Of a DNA stretch of 64,000 nucleotides, positions 19,427 through 29,369 are shown piece after piece (positions within the stretch are counted from its first letter, which is position 1; each line of letters starts with the position of its first letter). The stretch is taken from the NCBI GenBank assembly GCA_965195345.1, contig OZ239628.1, positions 832,001 through 896,000 on the forward strand, given 5' to 3'. The position numbers and the translations under genes were made by a program. The notes beneath the pieces were generated by a model. The model saw nothing but the letters and a program-made list of their open reading frames with translations, was not told where the DNA came from and did not search any database. The DNA is from an uncultured Thiomicrospira sp. (GTDB lineage: Bacteria; Pseudomonadota; Gammaproteobacteria; CAKMZV01).

Positions 19427-20136
19427 TGAAGAAATTGTTACTTGTTTTTTTTGCTTTATGTAGTATTTCGCTTCCTACTTTTGGGGATAAACATAGATAT
19501 TACTTTAGCTATATACCAGATAAGTCAATTCCTTACGATGTTATCCGATTTGACACCTTTGAACTGTATCAGACTTCAGTCGACGAAGTACCTGCTATTT
19601 GGGGCGGGGAGAAGTTTTCTGAGCCAAACGTGAGGAGAAAATCCCATGGTAGGTCTTATAGAGATAAAATCTACTGTTATTTTCAAAAGGATGAACAAGG
19701 AGGAACGGTGTGGACATATTTTGCGGCTGGAAAATTTACGGGTTATGATGAAATAAGTCGCGTAGTAATGACTACAAACAAAGAAAAAATAAAAGATTTA
19801 GAATGTATTGCGAGTAAGCACACTAATCTTCTTAAACCACAATCTGGTATTCAATTAGGGATGTCTTATCGTAAGGTGAAAGAGACTTTAGAAGGCTTGA
19901 ATCTTGAATTAGAGAAAGAGGACTCTTACTATGATGAGCAATATGTAGAAGGAGAGAGAGAAAAATTTCATTTTTATAAATCAGGGTTATATTTAAAGGC
20001 TCCAATAACGAATTCGTATGGAGCTACCTTCAATAGAATGGATTTTAGTATTGGTGTTTATGTTGATTTTAAAAATGGCATATTAGAAACTTTAGATACC
20101 AGTTCATATTTAGAACCGTATTGGGTGCCTGATTAA
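19426..20136 (+). CDS. Exported protein, candidate immunity protein for the Tlde1-like CT
   Basis: Signal-peptide-like MKKLLLVFFALCSISLPTFG; start overlaps the toxin stop (TGATG). Confidence 0.6.
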   Translation: MKKLLLVFFALCSISLPTFGDKHRYYFSYIPDKSIPYDVIRFDTFELYQTSVDEVPAIWGGEKFSEPNVRRKSHGRSYRDKIYCYFQKDEQGGTVWTYFAAGKFTGYDEISRVVMTTNKEKIKDLECIASKHTNLLKPQSGIQLGMSYRKVKETLEGLNLELEKEDSYYDEQYVEGEREKFHFYKSGLYLKAPITNSYGATFNRMDFSIGVYVDFKNGILETLDTSSYLEPYWVPD

Positions 20137-20300
20137 GTATTTTTATTGCATATTATTATGAACAAACTTTGTGGATGTAGAGGGAAAGGAGATGGTTTGA
20201 TTGATTTTATCGGCATACTTAAAGCGAACTTTATATCCCTTTTTTACATGGGCTTTTAGCCATTCTTTTCTATTATGCCTCGATTGGTACTGTTAGTTAA

Positions 20301-20402
20301 AGCGGTTCATTTGCTAATGGTGCTCAAACGGCTGTGTACGTTCATTTTTTTAGCTCTGAAGCCATTAGGCATACAGAGGCAATAAAAGATGGAGCACGGT
20401 GA
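20301..20402 (+). pseudogene. Third copy of the Rhs pre-CT anchor with a nearly deleted CT
   Basis: gcggttcatttgctaatggtgctcaaacggctgtgtacgttcattttttt encodes GSFANGAQTAVYVHFF and matches 17232-17284. Confidence 0.75.
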
Positions 20403-20683
20403 GAATTTTACGTAAGCTTTTAAGCTATACCCTAATTTTTCTTAAGTACTTAAGTTTTACTCTAAGCGGTATATTTGTAATATTACTATTTTATTCTATA
20501 TTTTGGAATGTGTTTATTAGTATTGATGAAGAACAAGTTCGAAAAGATTTTTATAATAACTATGATACAAAGATAGAAATTTCATCCATACATTCTTCAG
20601 AAGATGATGATGAACATGTTTACATGGACATTAAATATCTTTCTCAAGGAAAAAAAAGAAAACAGCTTTTTTATATCGTCTAA
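20399..20683 (+). CDS. Membrane-anchored protein, candidate orphan immunity protein (possibly truncated)
   Basis: GTG overlaps the stop of the preceding remnant; N-terminal TM helix. Confidence 0.45.
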   Translation: MRILRKLLSYTLIFLKYLSFTLSGIFVILLFYSIFWNVFISIDEEQVRKDFYNNYDTKIEISSIHSSEDDDEHVYMDIKYLSQGKKRKQLFYIV

Positions 20684-20812
20684 GTGATTTTAACACATGG
20701 TTTTTAACGCGGATGTATCCTGAAAGAGATCTACATCAACATCCATATCTACATCAACGTCCATATCAAAAAAAACATAAACATTAACACGACAGGCAGA
20801 ACGAATCTGTCA

Positions 20813-21118
20813 ATGAATGAAATCGCTAGCTACGGTATTAGACGGAGTGAAGGGTCTCTTTATCATATCTATAATGGAGAGTCAGGGAATCGAAAGTTTA
20901 TACACCCCAAAGGATATGAGACTGTGCTTGATGTTAATGGTAATATAGTGCGCTCCCCAAGTAATAGGAGTACTTTTAATTTTGGAGCTGACTGTGATAG
21001 TATCAGACATGTTATCTTGAGTGTGCTTCCATATTACATCTTGGGTAATTCTCCTGATGAACCGACTCCATTTCGAGATGGATTTTGTGGTGGAGAGAGA
21101 AGTTGTTGGGGTTGTTAA
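20813..21118 (+). CDS. Probable orphan Rhs C-terminal toxin fragment
   Basis: NRKFIHPKGYE.V.D..G..V....N..TFN...H....VLPY..LGNSPD pattern recalled from Rhs CTs; lies at the end of the cassette array. Confidence 0.4.
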   Translation: MNEIASYGIRRSEGSLYHIYNGESGNRKFIHPKGYETVLDVNGNIVRSPSNRSTFNFGADCDSIRHVILSVLPYYILGNSPDEPTPFRDGFCGGERSCWGC

Positions 21119-21182
21119 CTATGATTATAAGGTGTACTGTATACTAGTTCAAAATAGCAAAAAAATAGTTTTAGATGATTTT

Positions 21183-22232
21183 ATGGATAAAAACGCAAAC
21201 GTATTTAAAGTATTAAGCATAGATGGTGGTGGTATGCGAGGGTACTATAACGCTTTATATTTAGATGGGGTGAAGAAGCTAGCTAATTCTAAATTTAAAA
21301 ATACCAATTTTATCAACCAATTTGGCATGTTAGTAGGCACTAGCACAGGAGCAATTATTGCCTGTGGCTTAGCGAATTCAATGGATCCAAAAGAAATATC
21401 AAATCTCTACAAAGAACATGGTCAAAAAATATTCCCAAAAAAAGTGCCCACAAAGTGGTGGCAATTTTTACAATTTATTAATCGCGAATCAATTAATCAA
21501 AAAGGAAACATCGCTTTAAGGGCAGTGCTGAAAGAGGCCTTTAACGATAAAACAATCAAACAGATCTATGATGATACTAGAACAGCTTTGGTAATGCCCT
21601 CCATAAATGCCACAACCCATGAAGGATATATTTTTAAAACACCACACAATAATGATACTAACAACAGAGATGACAACATTGCTTTGGTTGATGCTTGTTT
21701 GGCTAGTTCCGCAGCACCAATTTATCGTTCTCTTGCTAGTATAAACAATGATTTATTTGTTGATGGAGGGTTGTATGCTAATAATCCTGTTTTGGTCGCA
21801 CTATCAGAGGCGTTGCGAATAACTAAAGGCACAAAGCAAAAAATTGAAATTTATTGTTTAGGCATGTCTCCTATTGCTGGCTCCACTGTTGATTGTAAAG
21901 TTCCAAACTGGGGTTTTAGAAAGTGGAAATTTGGTTCCAAAGCTGTAAATATGTCTATAGATTCTCAAGCCAGTGTATTTGATTATTTAGCGAAAGAGTT
22001 TAGCAATCATGTGGATAGAAAAATATCCATTGTACGTTTTCCTCAGGCAAATATTGCTCCAGAACACGCCAATTTTTTAGACTTAGATGATGCCTCTGAG
22101 AAATCACTAAACTTAATGCAAACTTTAGCAAATACCGCAATCGATAACACCAATCAATTAATCAGTGATGAAGCTAACCAAGATGGTAAGCTTATAAAAT
22201 CTTTATTAACTAATGATTCAAAAGGAAATTAA
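21183..22232 (+). CDS. capV: Patatin-like phospholipase, CBASS CapV-type effector
   Basis: LSIDGGGMRG, GTSTG, ASSAAP and DGGLYANNP motifs; directly upstream of a CD-NTase remnant; ATG at 21183 is the likely start. Confidence 0.85.
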   Translation: MDKNANVFKVLSIDGGGMRGYYNALYLDGVKKLANSKFKNTNFINQFGMLVGTSTGAIIACGLANSMDPKEISNLYKEHGQKIFPKKVPTKWWQFLQFINRESINQKGNIALRAVLKEAFNDKTIKQIYDDTRTALVMPSINATTHEGYIFKTPHNNDTNNRDDNIALVDACLASSAAPIYRSLASINNDLFVDGGLYANNPVLVALSEALRITKGTKQKIEIYCLGMSPIAGSTVDCKVPNWGFRKWKFGSKAVNMSIDSQASVFDYLAKEFSNHVDRKISIVRFPQANIAPEHANFLDLDDASEKSLNLMQTLANTAIDNTNQLISDEANQDGKLIKSLLTNDSKGN

Positions 22233-22233
22233 T

Positions 22234-22480
22234 ACGGTTTCACTGTGATAAATACTTGAGGAGATATCATAATGAAAGTGTAAGTCATAACAAATGATCA
22301 AAGAAACGAAATGCGAAGCAAAAGAGAAGCTAATCGTAATAGACTAAAAATAAGACTGGGCGTTTCTATAGAAAAACATTAATCTCAAGGCTCATATGCT
22401 ATGTATACTATGGTGCAAGATAGTGAGAACGACTATGATATAGCGACGGAGTAATCTTTCTTAAAGAAGACCTCAAAGGA
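22234..22480 (+). pseudogene. Disrupted, truncated CD-NTase (DncV-like cyclic oligonucleotide synthase)
   Basis: Fragments HCDKYLRRYHNESV / QRNEMRSKREANRNRLK / SQGSYAMYTMVQDSENDYDI-DGVIFLKEDL; in-frame TAA at 22380, indels, and loss of the 3' part. Confidence 0.8.
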
Positions 22481-22729
22481 TTCATGCTCTGAGGTTTTTT
22501 CATTTGCAGGATAGGAGATTAGGAGTAATAGGTACAACAATAAAAAAGAAGGTTTAGGAGCTCTTTGCCTGGACGTTTCGACACCTCCCAAGACGCTCGA
22601 GAATGATGCATGAATCCTGTAGGATTTCAAGCGGAACATTCAATCGTTTTACTACCTTTTGTGTATGTCGATCAATCTCAATTTCGGTTCTAAATCAACA
22701 ATAGGGTGGACTGTATGGGAATACTGTGG

Positions 22730-22746
22730 TGGTGCCCCCTGTAGGA
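22730..22746 (-). repeat. att core duplicate of the tRNA-Ile2 3' end (17 bp)
   Basis: tggtgccccctgtagga is identical to 30645-30661. Confidence 0.9.
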
Positions 22747-23231
22747 TAAACTTGTTTTTAATAAATAATTGATAAACCTAATTTATTGCTTTAAATTGAT
22801 TCAAAATCTACCCGTTTATTACCCATGTTGCTAGCGATTTCTGTCAATAATTGCACATTAATTTCAAAAGATTAAGTAAAACAAGCGAACCATGTGTCGA
22901 TATTTGAGAGCTTCTTGGCTGGTTGGTGTCATTTTATATCTATGTAGAGGAAGTTTTAGTATATATTTTTAAAGTCATTATTATTAACCGTACAATTATT
23001 AAGTCAACCCTTTGGGATTGCGACGCGATCAATTAAATCTGAAACGCGTGTTCTTTGGACTTGGTATTGCAATTTCCCAATATAAGGAATATTTTAAAAA
23101 CCGGCGTTGGTCCACGAATGTAATATTGAGAGGGTAGAAAACATTAAAATCCTCCGCTCTTAAAAATTCAATCAAATTTTAATCAAGCGTATCTTTTATA
23201 AATCTGTAAATACCACAATTTGTCTTTCGAT

Positions 23232-23600
23232 TTACTTAAGGGATCGTAGATGATGCGCTAGTTCTGCTTCTTTCATTGTACCTTGAGCAACTTTGATGAT
23301 GATTTGTCCTAATTTTTGCACATCAAATTGTAGATTAATTCCATTCCTACGCAAAGTTGTGTCCATTGCGATAACCGCAGTTCTTTTGTTGGCATCATTA
23401 AAAACATGACCAACAGCTATGACTACTGCATAGGTCGCTGCCAAATGATATTCGTCATCAATAAACCCATAATTGATACGATTTTCAACACGAAAAATTA
23501 TTGTTTCCAGTGATTTATTTTTAGCGAGCCCTTGCAGTTCTTGTGAGTCAATCACTTTTTCGTGGATATTAAAGATATCCTCACTGCTCAGCAGTTCCAT
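23232..23600 (-). CDS. doc: Doc (Fic-family) toxin
   Basis: HVFNDANKRTA Doc-type motif. Confidence 0.9.
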   Translation of the reverse strand: MELLSSEDIFNIHEKVIDSQELQGLAKNKSLETIIFRVENRINYGFIDDEYHLAATYAVVIAVGHVFNDANKRTAVIAMDTTLRRNGINLQFDVQKLGQIIIKVAQGTMKEAELAHHLRSLK

Positions 23601-23601
23601 A

Positions 23602-23850
23602 CTACTTGTCTTTTAGATAGTCAATTAATTCTTGGTTTTGCTCAATAGATTGATCAACAGTTTTTTGCACTTCAGTACTGTCGGCGTATTCAAACTGTAC
23701 GTCATCTACCGCTGATTTTGGCACAAAATAGCCAACAACACTGCTACGATTTAGCACAGCTACTGGTGAATCTCCTGCCCCAGCGAGTACTTTTGCAGGA
23801 TCTCTAAGTTCGGTTAACGTTACTGTTTTATTTGCTAGAATTCTTTCCAT
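23602..23850 (-). CDS. phd: Phd/YefM (StbD-like) antitoxin
   Basis: TLTELRDPAKVL...PVAVLNR...GYFVP; directly upstream of doc. Confidence 0.85.
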   Translation of the reverse strand: MERILANKTVTLTELRDPAKVLAGAGDSPVAVLNRSSVVGYFVPKSAVDDVQFEYADSTEVQKTVDQSIEQNQELIDYLKDK

Positions 23851-23879
23851 TTTTCCGCTCCTACAATCACATTAAAATA

Positions 23880-23893
23880 TACACTTATGTGTA
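23880..23893. promoter_or_regulatory. Palindrome upstream of phd, candidate autoregulatory operator
   Basis: TACAC-ttat-GTGTA about 30 bp upstream of the phd start. Confidence 0.4.
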
Positions 23894-24039
23894 CATTATA
23901 TATACATTATATGTTATTTTATCCTTTTCAGTACAACACACCGTAATACTTACACAAAGGGGTACCTTACAAGAGCGTAACAGTTGGCTTGGATGTTTTT
24001 TGCACGTTTAAGTCGTACAGTTCTATAACCGTTTCTATA

Positions 24040-24389
24040 TTAGAGAAGCGTTAACGGGTTATTCTCCAAATGGGACGCAAATAAGCTTCACTACAAAAGG
24101 AGGTAATGGTAGTGATGTAATTCTGGGACATACTGATATGGAAGCTTTCGCAGGATTTCCTAATACCGCTCAACCAAGATATTGGAGTAGTTTTAACGCA
24201 TCATGCCATGGATGTCATGCAACTGCAGCAATTCAGAGTCCTGAATATTTTCCACAGCTTGGTAGTAATAGGGTGAAAAAGCTTAAGTTCTTTCCTTTTA
24301 CAGTACTTTCAGGGAAACTTTCACCACAATACAATGGTTCATCTGGGAATGGTCCTCAACAATGGCTAAGCGTATTTCATTTACTCTAA
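24040..24389 (+). pseudogene. Fragment of a CxxCH (heme c motif) protein
   Basis: GTQISF...ILGHTDME...SCHGCHATA; no proper N-terminus. Confidence 0.4.
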
Positions 24390-24634
24390 TTGGTCATCCT
24401 GCCAAAACTTACTTTTTACCATCTGAAGTAAATACAAATGTTGCCTATGCAGAAGAAAGAAGAGTGTTTTATGTAGCGCTGACAAGAGCCAAGCGTCAAG
24501 TCTATATGGTAGGTAAAGAGATGGATGTCTCACCTTTTGTGACTGAGCTTTTAGGAGAACGTACTGACGGTTTATCCAATGCAAAATATCACGCTCAAAT
24601 CCTAAATAGTGAAGATAATCCCACTGACTTTTAA
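24390..24634 (+). pseudogene. C-terminal fragment of a UvrD/helicase IV-type helicase
   Basis: AEERRVFYVALTRAK...SPFVTEL (motif VI). Confidence 0.75.
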
Positions 24635-24935
24635 GTATCTCTTTTTCGGATAAAATAAAAAAACATGAGGTGACCATCTCAGCCTATAAAGCATTAAGAA
24701 ATATTTTTGAATCATTATATTTGCATCGAATAACCAAATATATTGTATGATATTTGTCTTGATTACCTCTATGCTTAGTAGTTGCCGTATCCGATACGAA
24801 GAATTTTGTGTGTTTTGATATATTAGTCTCGACGACGGCAAAACTGACGCGCATGCGACGGCTCACTTTAATCGTTATAGAGCATTTAGATTCAGTTCTA
24901 TTATTTTATAAGAGTTATATCCGCACAGAGAAATT

Positions 24936-27900
24936 ATGGGAAAACTAAATCAAATTAAACTCAAATTGTTGGCAATGGAAGGGGGTAAGTTCCACCGATT
25001 ATGTGATGATTGGCTACGCCAGAAAGGATATAGAAACATCAAATCTATTGGTATGATGGCTACGACGGATCGTGTTATCAAAGGCACTCCCGACAGTTTA
25101 TTTACCCAGCCAAATGGCAACTATGTGTTTGCTGAGTATTCGGTACAAAATAGAGGGCTTGCTAATAAACTGAAAGCTGACATATCCAAATGTTTTGATG
25201 AAAATAAGACTGGCATCTCAAATGAACAGATTGACAAAATAATAATCTGTTATCTGGGAGAACTTTCAACTCATGAAATTAGAAAATTAAGAGACAGTTG
25301 CAACGATAGAGGGACTTCGTTGAGCTTAAAAGGCTTGGATGAGCTAGCTCACAGTATTCAAAATGACTATCCTATTCTTTCAGAGAGACACCTTGATCTG
25401 CCACTGGATACTGGTCAACTATTGCCGGTTGACGACTTTATTATCCAATACGAGAAAAATAGGTTAACACCACCAATCAAAAACGACATATTGTTTCAAG
25501 AGGATGCGTTAAAAAAAGCTACTTCAGAGTTAAATTCCGCTAATTTTTTGCTTGTATCAGGTGCTGCAGGTGTTGGAAAAACCTTGTTTTCGGTGAATCT
25601 ATTGAAAGAAATGCAACTCCAAAATGAAAATTTAATTGTATTATGTCTTTTTGACAAAAACTTAGATTTATTTCAAGATGCTATGACCCATTTTAGTGAT
25701 CCAGGCGATTATTTGCTTTTCATTGATGATGCAAATAGGTTAAACAATCGGGTTGATTATCTACTGGATTACCTTCATCAAAATGATAGCAGTAGAACTT
25801 TTCGTATTGTTGCAACTGTTCGAGACTATGTACGTAAGTGGTTAATGGAAAAAGTAAATCAGTTCACAGAAATACGTGAACTATTCATCGAACCCCTTTC
25901 AGATAATCAAATTAAAGAACTCACGGGCACCCTATTTGGTATTAAAAATTTTGAAGCCCAAAATCGGATTGAAGAGATAGCGCTTGGAAACCCTAGGCTA
26001 GCAGTAATGGCTTCTGAAAAGTTCATAGAAGAAAATCAAATAGACTCAATTCAAAATGTCGCTTCTCTCTTTGATGAGTATTTTCGTGACAACGTTCACG
26101 TTAAAGATATTATTGAAGATGAAAAATTAATGACTGCTGCTTGTGCCGTTTCTTTTTTTAGAAAAGTTGATAAGTCAAATAAAGTGCAAATGCAGTGTAT
26201 TCATGACTCATTTGGTATTCAGCCTGAAGAGTTTTGGGAGTTAATTCGTTCTTTACACAATAATGAGGTAGTAGATTTTTATGAAAACGAAGTAGTAAAA
26301 ATATCTGATCAGAGTCTATCAACCTATCTATTTTATATCTCTGTCTTCAAAAAGAGAGTAGTATCACTTTCTGTGATTTTAAATGACTTTTACCCTGATT
26401 TTACACAAACGATTGTTGACTCTTTATATCCGGTACTTAGTTCATTTGATCAATATAGAATTGTCTCTGAAATAAGGAATGAAGTAAGAACCATTTTTAG
26501 AGAATTATCCAACGATAACGATGAGTCAATTGAATTTCTAAATACATTTTGGTTTGCATTACCAACAGAAGCACTGTCATTTGCTGACAGAGTTATTTCA
26601 CAAATTCCAGTAATTGAAATAGATTGGAGTCATGAATCCTTTGATTCGGCGAATCATGATCCAGAGAAATCTTCATTAGTAGAATTGTTGGGTAAATTTA
26701 GGTACTATGATGAAGAAAAATTCAAAAAATCATTTGACCTATTACTCAATTATCTAGAGAAAGATAGAGCTTCGTTAGAGTTTGTCGTTCGAAACCTTAC
26801 GGAATATTACAATATCAAAACAAGTGATTTGCGTAATGGTTATGTTATACAAAAATATATTGTAGGAAAACTTATTGAAAAAATGGATGAGGGTAGAAGC
26901 TACCTTTTTACCAGACTATTTATATTAGTAGCGAAGGATTTTCTCAAAACAAAGCTCAGAGATCACCCAAGGTTACGTGGAGAAAAGATGTACTTTGTAA
27001 ATTTCTCCCTAGTGCCCGATAACTACCTATTACCGTTAAGAGAAAAATTGATAATAAACTTATCCGATCTAATGAAAAAAAATGAGTACAAAGTTTATAT
27101 TATAGAACTGCTTAGGGGGTATGTGGATATGGTTATGCATGAGGAAAAGGAAATAGTAGAAGCTGACCTACCATTTTTTATAGACCATCTTGTCGTTGTT
27201 TTAGATCGAAATGATGTTTCACACTGCTTAATCATGCAAGATTATTGTGAGAATCTTGAATCTTTGCAGTTACATTTTCCAATTGGATGGAAAAAAGAGT
27301 TTTTAAACGACACTCTTACATTACCCAATTTGCTTCTTGGAAAGAGACACGAGCAGCGAATGTTTGAGATGTCCCACGAAGAGTACAATCAATATCGACA
27401 TGAAAGTATTGTTGATTATTTTTCAAATATTCCAACAAACGTTTTTATTGACTTTATTGATAGGTGCAAAGTATTGCATGAGGTTTTATCTGGTTGGAAT
27501 GATCACTCACTAAAACAGGGATTGGAAAAGTGCTTTAGGGCAATGGCTGAGGTTGAACCTGAAATGTATCCGGAATTAGTATCAAGATACCTTGAGTATG
27601 ATTGCTATTTTAAAATTAGCCCTTATGCCATAGTTAGTGATTTATTTAATGTTATTCCAAGCAATGAAGTTTTGTTCTTATTGAAAAAAACGAATTATAA
27701 GCGAAAAAATTTATGGATATCCGCTTATTTTGTACAATTTCCTGAAGAATCTATTACTAAGCATGATTCAGATTTTCTAATAGAGCATACTTCTAACACG
27801 CTGAGTAATGAGTTGTTTGAAGATTTAGATTTCTTGGACAGGTATAAGCGTGTTGACACTGATATTTATAGTAAAGTTGTTAGTATATTGGTACGTAAAT

Positions 27901-28688
27901 GTAAGGAAGATGGAAAATATGCACGGCCGTTAGTTAACTTTATTAGAATTCACCCAACCATATTTGGGGAATGGTTTAACGAATCCTTGTCAGATAAAGA
28001 ATTAGTTTTTGATGCGTACATTGCAGCGATCAGTTTATATAGTGGTTTAGATTCCTCTGGAGAAGCATTGAGATTGCTAACGGAAAGAAATTTTGAATTT
28101 CTATTCAGGGTGATTGACCAAGTATACGAGGAAGATAATTCACTCGACTTGAATACCCATATGCCAAAGTTAAATTATTTATGGGAGCGTGACTCTTATA
28201 TTGAAGATATAGAGTCTTACGGGAAGTATCTCATGAAAAAGAATCAGAGTTCTTTTAGAAGAAGCATATTTAGTAACCTATTCATTCAGAAAAGCGGAAA
28301 ACTTAATCCAGAGGAGCTAACTGATAAAAAGAAGCTCTTCTTCATTAGGTCAATTCAAGACAATGCGACTGATATAAATTATATGTGTTTTATCTTCCAA
28401 ACAGTTCAACTTTTGGGTAAAGATTTTATACGAGAATTCCTTGAATCATTTATTAAAAAAAATGTTGATTTAAATAATTTCAAGACTTTGGTTGACCAAT
28501 TAACCAAGAATACCTGGTGCGGAAGTCGCGTTCCTATATTTGAGAAAGAAAAAAAAATCCTAGAGAGTCTTTTACCGATCTTTACGGGTATTGAACTTCT
28601 TGGACATGAGGGATATGTGGAAAGACAGATAGAAGCTAAGACTGAGTCAATAGAACGCGAAAAGAAAAGAGATTTCTTGGAAAGCTGA
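24936..28688 (+). CDS. STAND-type (nSTAND-like) P-loop NTPase with N-terminal restriction-endonuclease-like domain; probable anti-phage protein
   Basis: N-terminal F.RLCDD.L..KGY...GTPD...YVFAEY; Walker A GAAGVGKT; Walker B LLFIDDAN; ATVRDY; GNPRLA; long helical C-terminus. Confidence 0.7.
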   Translation: MGKLNQIKLKLLAMEGGKFHRLCDDWLRQKGYRNIKSIGMMATTDRVIKGTPDSLFTQPNGNYVFAEYSVQNRGLANKLKADISKCFDENKTGISNEQIDKIIICYLGELSTHEIRKLRDSCNDRGTSLSLKGLDELAHSIQNDYPILSERHLDLPLDTGQLLPVDDFIIQYEKNRLTPPIKNDILFQEDALKKATSELNSANFLLVSGAAGVGKTLFSVNLLKEMQLQNENLIVLCLFDKNLDLFQDAMTHFSDPGDYLLFIDDANRLNNRVDYLLDYLHQNDSSRTFRIVATVRDYVRKWLMEKVNQFTEIRELFIEPLSDNQIKELTGTLFGIKNFEAQNRIEEIALGNPRLAVMASEKFIEENQIDSIQNVASLFDEYFRDNVHVKDIIEDEKLMTAACAVSFFRKVDKSNKVQMQCIHDSFGIQPEEFWELIRSLHNNEVVDFYENEVVKISDQSLSTYLFYISVFKKRVVSLSVILNDFYPDFTQTIVDSLYPVLSSFDQYRIVSEIRNEVRTIFRELSNDNDESIEFLNTFWFALPTEALSFADRVISQIPVIEIDWSHESFDSANHDPEKSSLVELLGKFRYYDEEKFKKSFDLLLNYLEKDRASLEFVVRNLTEYYNIKTSDLRNGYVIQKYIVGKLIEKMDEGRSYLFTRLFILVAKDFLKTKLRDHPRLRGEKMYFVNFSLVPDNYLLPLREKLIINLSDLMKKNEYKVYIIELLRGYVDMVMHEEKEIVEADLPFFIDHLVVVLDRNDVSHCLIMQDYCENLESLQLHFPIGWKKEFLNDTLTLPNLLLGKRHEQRMFEMSHEEYNQYRHESIVDYFSNIPTNVFIDFIDRCKVLHEVLSGWNDHSLKQGLEKCFRAMAEVEPEMYPELVSRYLEYDCYFKISPYAIVSDLFNVIPSNEVLFLLKKTNYKRKNLWISAYFVQFPEESITKHDSDFLIEHTSNTLSNELFEDLDFLDRYKRVDTDIYSKVVSILVRKCKEDGKYARPLVNFIRIHPTIFGEWFNESLSDKELVFDAYIAAISLYSGLDSSGEALRLLTERNFEFLFRVIDQVYEEDNSLDLNTHMPKLNYLWERDSYIEDIESYGKYLMKKNQSSFRRSIFSNLFIQKSGKLNPEELTDKKKLFFIRSIQDNATDINYMCFIFQTVQLLGKDFIREFLESFIKKNVDLNNFKTLVDQLTKNTWCGSRVPIFEKEKKILESLLPIFTGIELLGHEGYVERQIEAKTESIEREKKRDFLES

Positions 28689-29006
28689 ATACTTTGAACA
28701 GTAGTGTTAGTATACTACCCTATGACAAATTGCCAAACATGGAAGAATACTTGTTTAGCTCTTAATTATTCTGCTGAATAAAGCGTTATATTCCAAATTA
28801 GAAGTCTTTATGTCATTAAATGCCTATTCCTGCGATGGCAAAAAACATGATGGCTTGTAAGAGGTGGGCATCCATATGCATTATTATGTGTAGCGTTTAC
28901 CTCTTAGTTAAATGTTTTTTTAAGGTGCTTAGCTCAAGAATTTTATTAGAGAATAAAATCCTTTTATAGAGGCACTATCAGTTAATATTCCCCTCTACTA
29001 AGAAAT

Positions 29007-29369
29007 ATGAAATATTACTTCTTAGTTATAGTTAGTTTTCTCCCATCCATTTCCTTTGCGAACGGTTTCTTTATTGGTGGTGCTTGGGAGGTCTATACAA
29101 ACGGTGCTGGATTAATCTTAGCGGATGTTTTTGAGGCGATCGTACTCATATCAAACGATCAATCTTTAAAAGCGATTTTTGGCTCTGCAATGATCCTCTC
29201 TATTGCTCTTGGTGCTTATCGTTTCTTTCAAGATCAAAAAATAGAAAACATCATCTCACCAATGGTGATCGCACCATTAATCGTTGTGTTCTTCTTCACC
29301 AATCATACAAAAGTGAGTGTGATTGATTTTAATGATGTCTCAAATAACGGTAATACCACCATTGCATAA
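29007..29369 (+). pseudogene. traG: N-terminal fragment of a conjugative TraG-like protein
   Basis: WEVYTNGAG..L..VFEAI plus TM helices and V.V.D, resembling the TraG N-terminus; truncated against the integrase 3' end. Confidence 0.5.

Noticed and set aside
21021-21182. N-terminal extension of CapV in the ORF track
   Set aside because: It overlaps the preceding fragment and lacks patatin features; ATG 21183 gives a typical CapV start
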